From NCBI GenBank assembly GCA_035248345.1, contig DATFHO010000082.1:2410-66409 (forward strand): DNA of 64,000 nt. Reading direction: 5' to 3'. Every line of letters begins with the position of its first letter. The first letter of the stretch is position 1. The translations under genes were made by a program, and so were the position numbers. Positions 39,122 through 47,653 of this stretch are shown piece after piece. The notes under the pieces are model-generated. The model made no database searches and had not been told where the DNA came from. It saw only the letters and a list, made by a program, of their open reading frames with translations. The DNA comes from Candidatus Limnocylindrales bacterium. GTDB lineage: Bacteria > Chloroflexota > Limnocylindria > Limnocylindrales > CSP1-4.

Positions 39122-40588
39122 GTGGTCGGGAGCGTAGCAGAGGGCGCCGAGGCTTCCCGCCCCCTCGATGTCCTGGTCGCCTGGTTCGAACGGCTGCCCG
39201 CGATTGCCGTGGGGGCCGGTCTCGTTGCGCTCGCGCTGGCCGCCTACTGGCTCCCCGGCGGGGACCGCTACTACAACCACTTCGTCTGGCAGGCGCTCGC
39301 GTTCCTCCACGGCACGGCGGTGATCGACTGGCCCGTCAACTCCGGCGGATTCCCGAACGGCAACGACTGGATGCAGGATGTCTATCCCCTTCGCGAGCTG
39401 ACGGGCGACCCCTCGACGATCGGCGCCCTCCTGCCGTTCCCTCCGCTGCCGGCTGTCGTGCTCATGCCGTTCGTGGCGCTCTGGGGGCTCGCGACGGACA
39501 TCCGGGCCGTCTCGGTGCTCGTTGGGGCGGTCGACGTCGGGATCGCGTGGTGGGCGCTCGGCCGCCTGCCGGTCTCGCGCACGATCCGGTTCGCGACCAC
39601 GGTCTTCTTCGCCTTCGGCACGGTGTTCTGGTACGCCGCGCAGCTCGGAACGACGTGGTTCTTCGCCCACGTGGTGGCGATTGGCTTCGTCCTCGGCGCG
39701 GTGGGCGTGGCGCTCGGTTCGGACCCCGGCGCGGACGATGAGGTCGAACCGGAGGACAGCCCGACGCCGGCGAGCCTCGGGCGTGAGCTGGTCGCGACGC
39801 TCAAGCGGGGCACGGCGCTGATCGATCGGCGCCAGTTCCTCGCCGGTGTGCTGTTCGGCCTCGCGTGCATGGCGCGGCTCACCGTGGTCTTCGGGGCGCC
39901 GTTGCTCATGCTCGTCGGCGGGACGTCGTGGGCCCGGCGATCGATCTCGGCCGGGATCGGGGCGGCGATCCCGCTGGCGCTGCTGCTCGGCTACAACGTC
40001 GCGACGACCGGGCACCTGTTCCACCCGGGCTACGAATACCAGTACCGGCTCGAGGCCAACGGCTACCAGGCGCTGGGCTACAACCCGGATTGGGACATCG
40101 AGGACGCGCGCTACCTGCCGCAGAACATCGGGATCTTCCTGCTCGCCGCACCGGCGATCCTCCCGGACAACTCGAGCGAGTTCAACACGTTCGGTGACGT
40201 CGGGCTCTGCCAGGGAGCGACCGTCGACCGCGGCCTGTTCGACAACGATTGCCCGCTCCTCGTCCCGAAGCAGGTCGGGATGAGCATCATCCTGACCAGC
40301 CCCGCCTTCCTCCTTGCCGCCTGGGCGTTCCGGCGGCGCTCCCGCCTCGTTGCCGGCTCGTTCATCGCGGTCGCCCTGATCGCGTTCGTCAACCTCATGC
40401 ACTTCAGCCAGGGCTGGGTCCAGTTCGGCTACCGGTTCAGCAACGACTTCGTCGTGTTCGCCCTGCCGCTCGTCGCCCTCGGCATGGAGCGGCGCGGCCG
40501 GGTCGGCTGGCTCGGGATCGGGCTCGTGGCGGCGTCCGTGGTGATCAACCTGTGGGGTGTCATCTGGGGCAACATCCTCGGATGGTGA
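39122..40588 (+). CDS. Putative GT-C fold integral membrane glycosyltransferase (ArnT/PMT-like)
   Basis: About 490-aa polytopic protein with a periplasmic-type first loop. GTG 39122 is chosen because the track start 39041 would overlap the divergent giant gene. The family call is weak. Confidence 0.5.
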   Translation: MVGSVAEGAEASRPLDVLVAWFERLPAIAVGAGLVALALAAYWLPGGDRYYNHFVWQALAFLHGTAVIDWPVNSGGFPNGNDWMQDVYPLRELTGDPSTIGALLPFPPLPAVVLMPFVALWGLATDIRAVSVLVGAVDVGIAWWALGRLPVSRTIRFATTVFFAFGTVFWYAAQLGTTWFFAHVVAIGFVLGAVGVALGSDPGADDEVEPEDSPTPASLGRELVATLKRGTALIDRRQFLAGVLFGLACMARLTVVFGAPLLMLVGGTSWARRSISAGIGAAIPLALLLGYNVATTGHLFHPGYEYQYRLEANGYQALGYNPDWDIEDARYLPQNIGIFLLAAPAILPDNSSEFNTFGDVGLCQGATVDRGLFDNDCPLLVPKQVGMSIILTSPAFLLAAWAFRRRSRLVAGSFIAVALIAFVNLMHFSQGWVQFGYRFSNDFVVFALPLVALGMERRGRVGWLGIGLVAASVVINLWGVIWGNILGW

Positions 40589-42201
40589 GCAGCCCCAATT
40601 TCCCTGCCGGCCTGCGCGAGGGCCTGGCCGGTGCGCGCGCGCTTGCGCTCGCCGCGCCGGTCGTCGTCGCCGCCCTGGTCATCGTCAACGCGTGGAGCGG
40701 ACTCATGCCCGGGGTCGCGTTCTGGGACACCGGCGAGTTCCAGACCGTCCTGCCCCTCATGGGCACGGCTCACCCGACCGGGTACCCGACGTACGTGCTC
40801 CTCGGCTTCCTCGGCAACATCCTGCTGACACCCATCGGCGAGCCTGCCTTCCGCGTCACGGTTCTGTCGCTGCTCGCGGTCGCGGCCGCCGCCGCCGCGA
40901 CCGTCGTGCTCGTCCGGCGCCTCACGGGCTCCACGATCATCGGCATGGCGACGGGCGTCGGCCTCGCCACGACCCCGGTCGTCTGGCTCAACGCCACGCG
41001 GGCGGACCCGCACCCGATCCACCTGATGTTCGTGGCGCTGCTGCTCCTGGCGCTCGTGCGCTGGGAGGAGGGCCGCAAGGGGCTTGCGCGAGGCGAGCTC
41101 ACGCAGGCGCAGGCGGACCGCCGCCTCGTGATCGCGGCCGTGCTCTTCGGGCTCGCCGAGGGCAACCACTCCCTCACGCTGCTGCTCGCGCCACCCATCG
41201 CGCTGTACGTCCTGAGCGTCGAACCGGGAATCCTCAAGCGGCCCGCGTTCTTCGCGACGTGCGTGGTCGCTGCGGTGCTCACGATGGCCCTCGTGTTCCT
41301 GGAGCTGCCGATCCGCGGTGGGCTGATCCCGGCGCCGCTCGTCTACGGCCGGCCCGCCACGTGGGACGGCTTCTGGTACATCGTGTTCGCGCAGCAGTTC
41401 CAGGGCTCCGTCGGCGACATCTTCGCCGACCTCCCGCACAAGCTCGACAAGATCGTCGCCCTCGCGAATGGCCAGCTCGGGCCGCTCGCGCTCGTGGTGC
41501 CGTTCGGATTCCTCGCTTCGGCATGGAAGGCGCCTCGCTACACGCTGCTGACGGGCACGGCGCTCGTGGTGACGGTGCTCTTCAACCTCGCGTACGCGAA
41601 CGCCGACATCGAGCGCTACTACCTCGGGCCGGTGCTGTGGGTGTGGACGTGGATCGGGATCCTGGCCGCACAGGTAGCACGGCTCGTGGCGGCGGCGGCA
41701 TTCCGGCTCGGCTCGTTGTCGCGGGGCGTCTCGCTGGACTCCGAGGCCGCGAAACCCGCCGTCCTCGTCGCAGCCGCTATCGTCGCGGTCGTGATGCTCA
41801 TGCCCACCCTGGAGGACCTCGGTCCGCGCCGAGCCAAGGCGGATCGCTCCGGCGACACCGGCGCGCGGCAATGGCTCGCCGAGGTGCTGCCGACGTCCGT
41901 CATCGCCCAGGATGCCGTCCTCGTGAGCTGGTGGAGCACCTCCACGGCCCTCTGGTACGCCCAGAAGGTCGAGGGCCAGCGGACCGACATCACGATCATC
42001 GACGACCGCACGATGCTCGACGAGGACCTCGGTCGGGCGCCCGACGTCATCAGCTCGAACCTGGGCCAGCGCCCCGTCTACGTCATCCGCCTCGAGGGCC
42101 GCGATACCGATGAGCTCACGAGCCAGTTCGACATGACGCTCGTGGCGAGCGGCGGCAGCCTCGGCGTGTGGCGCGTCGACGGCCGGCTGGCGACGCCATG
42201 A
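40582..42201 (+). CDS. DUF2723/TMEM260-like GT-C membrane glycosyltransferase
   Basis: N-terminal motif PGVAFWDTGEFQTV...AHPTGYPTY followed by multiple TM segments and a C-terminal soluble domain. ATG overlaps the upstream stop. Confidence 0.55.
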   Translation: MVSSPNFPAGLREGLAGARALALAAPVVVAALVIVNAWSGLMPGVAFWDTGEFQTVLPLMGTAHPTGYPTYVLLGFLGNILLTPIGEPAFRVTVLSLLAVAAAAAATVVLVRRLTGSTIIGMATGVGLATTPVVWLNATRADPHPIHLMFVALLLLALVRWEEGRKGLARGELTQAQADRRLVIAAVLFGLAEGNHSLTLLLAPPIALYVLSVEPGILKRPAFFATCVVAAVLTMALVFLELPIRGGLIPAPLVYGRPATWDGFWYIVFAQQFQGSVGDIFADLPHKLDKIVALANGQLGPLALVVPFGFLASAWKAPRYTLLTGTALVVTVLFNLAYANADIERYYLGPVLWVWTWIGILAAQVARLVAAAAFRLGSLSRGVSLDSEAAKPAVLVAAAIVAVVMLMPTLEDLGPRRAKADRSGDTGARQWLAEVLPTSVIAQDAVLVSWWSTSTALWYAQKVEGQRTDITIIDDRTMLDEDLGRAPDVISSNLGQRPVYVIRLEGRDTDELTSQFDMTLVASGGSLGVWRVDGRLATP

Positions 42202-42974
42202 CGGGCGTCGCCGCGGTGGCAGCCGGACCTCGGCTCTCGGAGCTCTCGTACTTCTTCCCGGCGCACAACGAGGAGGCGAACCTCCAGGGGCTCGTCGAGG
42301 AGGCACTCACGACGCTGCCGGCCCTCGCCGACACCTTCGAGATCCTGATCGTCAACGACGGCTCGAAGGACGCCACGAAGTCGATCGCCGACGAGCTCGC
42401 CGCCGCGCATCCCGAGGTTCGCGCCATCCACCACACCGTCAACCAGGGCTACGGCGCCGCGCTCCGCACCGGCTTCGCCAGCGCGCGCTACGACAACCTC
42501 GCCTTCACCGACGGTGACCGCCAGTTCAAGGTGGCGGACCTCGGCAGGCTCATCGACCGGCTCGACGCCGGCACGGCCGATGCCGTCGTCGGCTACCGGA
42601 TCAAGCGCGCCGACCCGCTCATTCGCACGCTGTACGCGAAGGCCTATCGCCTCGCCAACCGCATCTTCTTCGGGCTGAAGGTCCGCGACGTCGACTGCGC
42701 CTGCAAGCTCTTCGCGCGCAGGTCGCTCGAGGGCGTGAACGTCGAGTCAGGCGGCGCGTTCTTCTCCGCCGAGCTGCTCATCAAGCTCCGCGCGCGCGGC
42801 CGTCGCATCGACGAGGTCGGGGTGCCCCACTACCCGCGCACCGCAGGCAGCCCGACGGGCGCGAAGCCGCAGGTGGTGTTCCGGGCCGTGCGCGACTTCT
42901 GGGCGCTGCGCCTGCGCCTCTGGGCGCGACCGACGAAGGCATTGGAGCGCGGCCGCCCCATCCTCGGGCGCTGA
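42198..42974 (+). CDS. GT2 polyprenyl-phosphate glycosyl (mannose/glucose) synthase, Ppm1/DPM1-like
   Basis: Motifs SYFFPAHNEE, ILIVNDGSKD, YGAALRTG and FTDGDRQF (DxD). No C-terminal TM segments. The start overlaps the upstream stop. Confidence 0.75.
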   Translation: MTGVAAVAAGPRLSELSYFFPAHNEEANLQGLVEEALTTLPALADTFEILIVNDGSKDATKSIADELAAAHPEVRAIHHTVNQGYGAALRTGFASARYDNLAFTDGDRQFKVADLGRLIDRLDAGTADAVVGYRIKRADPLIRTLYAKAYRLANRIFFGLKVRDVDCACKLFARRSLEGVNVESGGAFFSAELLIKLRARGRRIDEVGVPHYPRTAGSPTGAKPQVVFRAVRDFWALRLRLWARPTKALERGRPILGR

Positions 42975-42986
42975 CCTCGCGGTCGG

Positions 42987-43625
42987 CTAGCCCCTTCGGC
43001 CTCCGGTGTCGCCCCCGCCCCCGCCGGCGTTCGGGTCGACTTCCAGCGAGTTCACGAAGTCACGGAACATGTCCAGCCGCGGATCGGCCGGCGCATTCCC
43101 GACGCTCTCGAGCGGAGCGCGGCGCCGTCGGGGCCGATCGCCTTCGTCCCGCGCGCTCTCCCCCTCGGTGAGCTCCCCACCCTCGGCAGGCTCGTCCTCG
43201 GCGCCTTCCTCGTCCGGGTCGGCGCTCAGCGCAGCCTGGGCGAGCACGGAGTCCGCACAGTAGATCGGGCTCTCGGTGCGCACCGCGATCGCGAGCGCGT
43301 CGGACGGTCGGGCGTCGACCTCCTCCTCCACGCCATCGCGCTCCAGCACGAGCTGCGCGTGGTACGTCTCGTCGGACAGGTCGGACACGACGACGCGCGC
43401 GACGCGGACGCCGAGCTGCTCGAGCGCCGCCGTGAAGAGGTCGTGGGTGAGCGGCCGCTCGGCCTGGAGGCCCTGGAGCCGCATCGCGATGGCGCTCGCT
43501 TCCCACGCGCCGATCCAGATCGGGAGGTAGCGATCGCCGACGTTGTCCTTGAGGATCACGACATGGCGGCTCGACAGCATGTGGACGCGAACGCTCTCGA
43601 CCACCATCTCGACCAGCCGGGCCAT
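42987..43625 (-). CDS. Bifunctional nuclease (BFN/DUF151) family protein with acidic/Gly-rich tail
   Basis: VVILKDNVGDRYLPIWIGAWEASAIAMRLQG...RPLTHDL block typical of the BFN domain. Confidence 0.7.
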   Translation of the reverse strand: MARLVEMVVESVRVHMLSSRHVVILKDNVGDRYLPIWIGAWEASAIAMRLQGLQAERPLTHDLFTAALEQLGVRVARVVVSDLSDETYHAQLVLERDGVEEEVDARPSDALAIAVRTESPIYCADSVLAQAALSADPDEEGAEDEPAEGGELTEGESARDEGDRPRRRRAPLESVGNAPADPRLDMFRDFVNSLEVDPNAGGGGGDTGGRRG

Positions 43626-43645
43626 GCGGGGATTATCCCATCGGC

Positions 43646-45871
43646 CTAGGTGCCGGGCGTTGCCGTCGGCGTATCCGTTGGGGGCGCCGGCGAGCCGAGT
43701 GCGCCAACGGGTTGCAGGAGGGCTCGTCCGATGCTGTTCTTGCTGATCCAGACGATCGCGTCCGGCTCCTGGTCGAGCCCCGGCTCCACGTAGAACCCGC
43801 GGAAGTCGGACCAGCCCGCGTTGTCGCCCGCGAGCCGGTACTGCCCGACGAACGAGCCGTTGACCTTCGACAGCCCGACGATCCGGTCACTCCCGGGATC
43901 GAAGCCGTAGATGGTGCCGGTGCGCTTGTCCGAGCCGGAGCCGATCAGCGTGTAGGCCGGCGCCGGCCGCAGGATCGAATCGTTCAGCTCGGCCGCTGTC
44001 CAGCCGCCGGTCGCGCCGCCGCTGTAGCGCGCGATCTGGCCATCGATTGTGATCCACACGTCGCCGTCGATGTACATCGAGCTGAGCCCGGTCAGGTCGC
44101 GCGGCGACGAAAGCCATGGCGTCGGGTTGGCGGGGAAGCCCGAGCCGTCCGCCGCGGGCGAGTAGCGGAGGACCTGCTGGGCCGACGGGTCGACGACGTA
44201 CATGTTGTAGAGATTGGATTCGGGGTCGCGGAGGAACGTCCCGATCGCCTTGATGTCGTCGCCCCACTCGGCGGCGCCCGTCACCCGCACGCGCGAGATC
44301 GAGCCCTTGCCCGTCGAGTTCGCTGGTCGCCATCGCCACACGACGTTCTTCGCGTCGACCATGAGCAGGTCCCGCCCACCGACGCCGATGATCTTCGGCG
44401 CACTCTCGGTCGCCCCGGCCGCCTTGTTGCCCTCGCGGAAGATCACGCTCGCCTTGCCGTTCTGCAGGTCGATGCGGTAGACGGTTTTCGTCGCCGCATC
44501 GAGCACGAACGGCGACGGGTCGCCCACCGGACCCTTGACGATGGCGCGGAGGTCCACTGCCGGGTCGTCGGGGAACGTGAAGATCGACGTCGAGGCGACG
44601 TCGGTCATGTGGTAGAGCCGGTCGAGCGCCGCCACGACCTGGGTGCGGATCGGATCGACCGTCGAGGCGGGGACGCCGGCCTGCCGGGCGGCATCGAGCT
44701 TCTGGTACGCCTCGGTGAGGAGCTGGTCGGCCTTCTGGGGGTCGTTCGCGACGAGGTCGATCCCCGGGCCGATGACGCGGTTGAGGTTGTCCCGCGCCTT
44801 GTCGATCGCACCCGCGGCGTTATCGAGGGTCTGGATCGCAGGTCCCTGCGGCTTGTTGCCGCCGAACACGAAGACCGCAATGCCGAGGCCGCCGACCACG
44901 ACGACAAGCGACAGGAGGGCCATCGCGGCGCGGCGCTGCATCTCGCGGCGGGCGCTGAGCGGCGTGACGCGGCGGTCTGCGGCGCCGCGTGCGGGCAGGG
45001 CGTCGAGGCCGCGGGAGAAAAGGCGGTACAGCGCGCCCCCGACGGCGCCCCGGGCCGTCCGCACGCCCGATTGCGCGGCTGCGATCCCGCTCGCGACCGA
45101 ATCCGCGAGCGGGATCGGCGAGCGATCCGGTGAGCCGGCAAGGGGCTCCGCGGGCCGCACGGGCACGGGCACCACGCCCGCGCGAGCGACCGCGATCTCC
45201 GATGCCTCGATGATGAGCGCACCGTCGGTGCCGGTGCCGCCTGCCTCCCGGAACCTGCGGGTCAGCTGCTCGACCGCCGACTGCGGGTGGAGCGTGACCA
45301 GCGCGTCCTTCACCGCGTCGGCGCCGAGCGCGGCGACGACCGATGGCGACACGAGCAGCAGCTGGTCGCCGACGTCGATCTCGCCGCGCCACACATCCGG
45401 CTCGACCTCGGTCGAGGGCAGGCCGCGGTCCCGGTGCGGATCCGGCAGCGTGGACAGGCGTGCGCCGCGGTTCAGGTAGGCCTCCGCAGGCCCGACGGTG
45501 CAGACGTAGAGCTCCGTATCCCGGACGACCGCGAGCGCCACGCCGATCGGGCCCGGGCCGGAGCCCAGCGCGCTCTTCTCGCGCGCGTGCGTCAGGCGCT
45601 TGTTCGCGGCCTGGATGGCCTTGACCAGGCAGACGCGGATCCCCGCCGACTCGTCGTAGTAGTACTCGCTCCGGATCGCGTCCGCGACGAGGCGGGTTGC
45701 CTCGCGGGCTTTCGCGCCGCCGGCCCGCGACGTCACGAGCAGGTACAGGTGGCCCTTCGTGCGCGTCTGCGCACCGACCCGCGGCTCGACATGGAGTGCG
45801 GTGTCCGGCGAATCGGCGGCGCGCTCGGCGTCCGGCACGACACCGAGCTTCATCTGGATTCGATGGGCCAC
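43646..45871 (-). CDS. PP2C-like (apparently catalytically degenerate) domain, single TM segment, then a large extracytoplasmic beta-propeller-like domain
   Basis: The N-terminal ~230 aa have PPM-like block order, but SRAGG replaces DGMGG and VSPS replaces SDG. TM segment AAMALLSLVVVVGGLGIAVFVF. The C-terminal ~400 aa are repeat-rich. Confidence 0.5.
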   Translation of the reverse strand: MAHRIQMKLGVVPDAERAADSPDTALHVEPRVGAQTRTKGHLYLLVTSRAGGAKAREATRLVADAIRSEYYYDESAGIRVCLVKAIQAANKRLTHAREKSALGSGPGPIGVALAVVRDTELYVCTVGPAEAYLNRGARLSTLPDPHRDRGLPSTEVEPDVWRGEIDVGDQLLLVSPSVVAALGADAVKDALVTLHPQSAVEQLTRRFREAGGTGTDGALIIEASEIAVARAGVVPVPVRPAEPLAGSPDRSPIPLADSVASGIAAAQSGVRTARGAVGGALYRLFSRGLDALPARGAADRRVTPLSARREMQRRAAMALLSLVVVVGGLGIAVFVFGGNKPQGPAIQTLDNAAGAIDKARDNLNRVIGPGIDLVANDPQKADQLLTEAYQKLDAARQAGVPASTVDPIRTQVVAALDRLYHMTDVASTSIFTFPDDPAVDLRAIVKGPVGDPSPFVLDAATKTVYRIDLQNGKASVIFREGNKAAGATESAPKIIGVGGRDLLMVDAKNVVWRWRPANSTGKGSISRVRVTGAAEWGDDIKAIGTFLRDPESNLYNMYVVDPSAQQVLRYSPAADGSGFPANPTPWLSSPRDLTGLSSMYIDGDVWITIDGQIARYSGGATGGWTAAELNDSILRPAPAYTLIGSGSDKRTGTIYGFDPGSDRIVGLSKVNGSFVGQYRLAGDNAGWSDFRGFYVEPGLDQEPDAIVWISKNSIGRALLQPVGALGSPAPPTDTPTATPGT

Positions 45872-46022
45872 GATGGTCCTCTGCCAGGGGCTGGTTCGGG
45901 GCGGGGATTATCGCACCTCGGGAGCGTCAGGCCGACGGCCGAGGCATGGCGCTCGTGACGCTCGAGCGGCCCCTTTGGTTGCGCGGCAGGTGCGGGGGAG
46001 CTGGCGCGGCGAGGCTGGCGGC

Positions 46023-46352
46023 TCAGCGCCGCCGGATCGTGACGCGCACCTGGCGCACCGGCAGCCCGGCCGGGGCCCGCGTGAAGGCAGCCGCCAACTC
46101 TCCTGCATGGAGCAGGACCTCCTGGCCCACGATCGGCGCGTCGGCCTCGACGACGAGCGTCTCGCCTTCGACCCGGAGCGCGCGGCACGCGCCGTGTGCG
46201 GCCGGTGCCAGCTCGGCGACGATCGCGTCGAACGTCGACACGAAGCGAGCCTTCCGAAGCTCGTCCTGGAGCCCAAGGCCGGCCGCGGCGGCAGGCATGA
46301 GGTCGCCGATGCGCTGCATCGGGCGGCGCCGTCGAGGCGCGTCCTCGCTCAT
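46023..46352 (-). CDS. DUF721 (DciA-like) protein
   Basis: Small basic protein directly after recF (ATGA overlap). The arrangement parallels actinobacterial recF-DUF721. The start is trimmed to ATG 46352. Confidence 0.6.
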   Translation of the reverse strand: MSEDAPRRRRPMQRIGDLMPAAAAGLGLQDELRKARFVSTFDAIVAELAPAAHGACRALRVEGETLVVEADAPIVGQEVLLHAGELAAAFTRAPAGLPVRQVRVTIRRR

Positions 46353-47506
46353 CGTTCGATGCGAGCCCCGGCGGCATCCGAGCGCACGGACCACGGCGTC
46401 GCGATCGCGCGGAGCGCGGCGTCCAGGTCGTCGAGCGTGGTCGTCGTCACGAACGCCTGTGGGAGCTCGGCGATCCGGCGCACGAGGTGGCCGCGGCGCG
46501 CCGGATCCAGCTCGGAGAACACGTCATCGAGCAGCAGGAGCGGCGGCCGGCCGTCGTGGCTCGTGACGAGGTCGAGCTCCGCGAGCTTCAGCGCGAGGAT
46601 CGCGGTTCGCTGCTGGCCGCGCGACGCGAAGCTCGCCAGGTCGCGGCCTGCCATCGTGAACGCGAGGTCATCACGATGCGGCCCGATCAGCGTGGTGCCG
46701 TTCCACGCCTCCTTCTCCGCCGTCTCGACGAGCCGGCGAGCGAGCGCGTCGCGGGGCGATTCGCCCGGCGCCGCCGGAGCGTTCGTCACGTACTCGATCG
46801 CGAGTGCACCGGTCGCCGCCTCCTCCGGCGCGATCTCGGCGTGGGCATCCGCGAGCGGGCCCGCCAGGTGTCCGAGGAGCGCGTGACGCGCCGCAACGAC
46901 CGCTCCACCGGCATCCAGGAACGGCTTGTCCCAGTACCGCAGCTCGTCGCGGGTCGCCGTTTCCTCGCGGATCGCCCGCAGGAGCCCGTTGCGCTGCTGG
47001 AGCGCGCGGCCGTAGGTGGCGAGCTCTGCGGCGTAGCCGGGGATGAGCGTCGCTGCGAGCTGGTCCAGCGTCCCGCGGCGCAGTGACGGAGAGCCGACCA
47101 CGAGCAGCATGTCCTCGGGCGCGAAGAGAACCACGCGCATCCGCTCGGCCAGGGCGGGCGCACGCCTCGGCACGCCGTTCACGCGGAGGCGCTTTCGTGC
47201 GCCGCTCCCGGCCGCGTGCGAGCCGGGCCGAACGAGTGCGACGTCGATGTCGGCAGCGCCGAACCGCCCCTCGATCCGCGCGATGTCGGCGCCCCAGCGA
47301 ATGAGCTCGGCGTCGGTCGTGGTGCGATGCGAGCTGCCACGCGCGAGCACGACCATCGCCTCGAGGAGGCTGGTCTTGCCCGCGGCATTCGGGCCGTACA
47401 CGAGCTGCGGTCCCGGGTCGAACCTGATGTCCAGCGCCGGATACGCGCGCATGTCGGCGAGCCGAAGCGTGTCGAGGATCACTTGCCTTCCGATCAGTGC
47501 CGTCAT
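46349..47506 (-). CDS. recF: DNA replication and repair protein RecF
   Basis: Walker A GPNAAGKTSLLEA, signature SRGQQRTAILALKLAE, and LLLLDDVFSELD. Confidence 0.92.
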   Translation of the reverse strand: MTALIGRQVILDTLRLADMRAYPALDIRFDPGPQLVYGPNAAGKTSLLEAMVVLARGSSHRTTTDAELIRWGADIARIEGRFGAADIDVALVRPGSHAAGSGARKRLRVNGVPRRAPALAERMRVVLFAPEDMLLVVGSPSLRRGTLDQLAATLIPGYAAELATYGRALQQRNGLLRAIREETATRDELRYWDKPFLDAGGAVVAARHALLGHLAGPLADAHAEIAPEEAATGALAIEYVTNAPAAPGESPRDALARRLVETAEKEAWNGTTLIGPHRDDLAFTMAGRDLASFASRGQQRTAILALKLAELDLVTSHDGRPPLLLLDDVFSELDPARRGHLVRRIAELPQAFVTTTTLDDLDAALRAIATPWSVRSDAAGARIER

Positions 47507-47653
47507 TCGACCACGGGCCCGGTCAGGCGGAGATGGCCGAAGGCCACTCCGAGCACGGCGAGCGAGCGTACGGCGGTACGTGAGCGAGTCGGCGCAGGAG
47601 TCAACGCACGGCCGGCCCGCATCACCGGGCCGTGCCTGCGGCGTTCATGAGCG

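Noticed and set aside
47606-47635. Hairpin GCACGGCC...GGCCGTGC after dnaN, and a 6-bp-stem hairpin at 54399..54414 after jag
   Set aside because: The stems are short or have bulges and no U-tract follows, so they are too weak to call as terminators.
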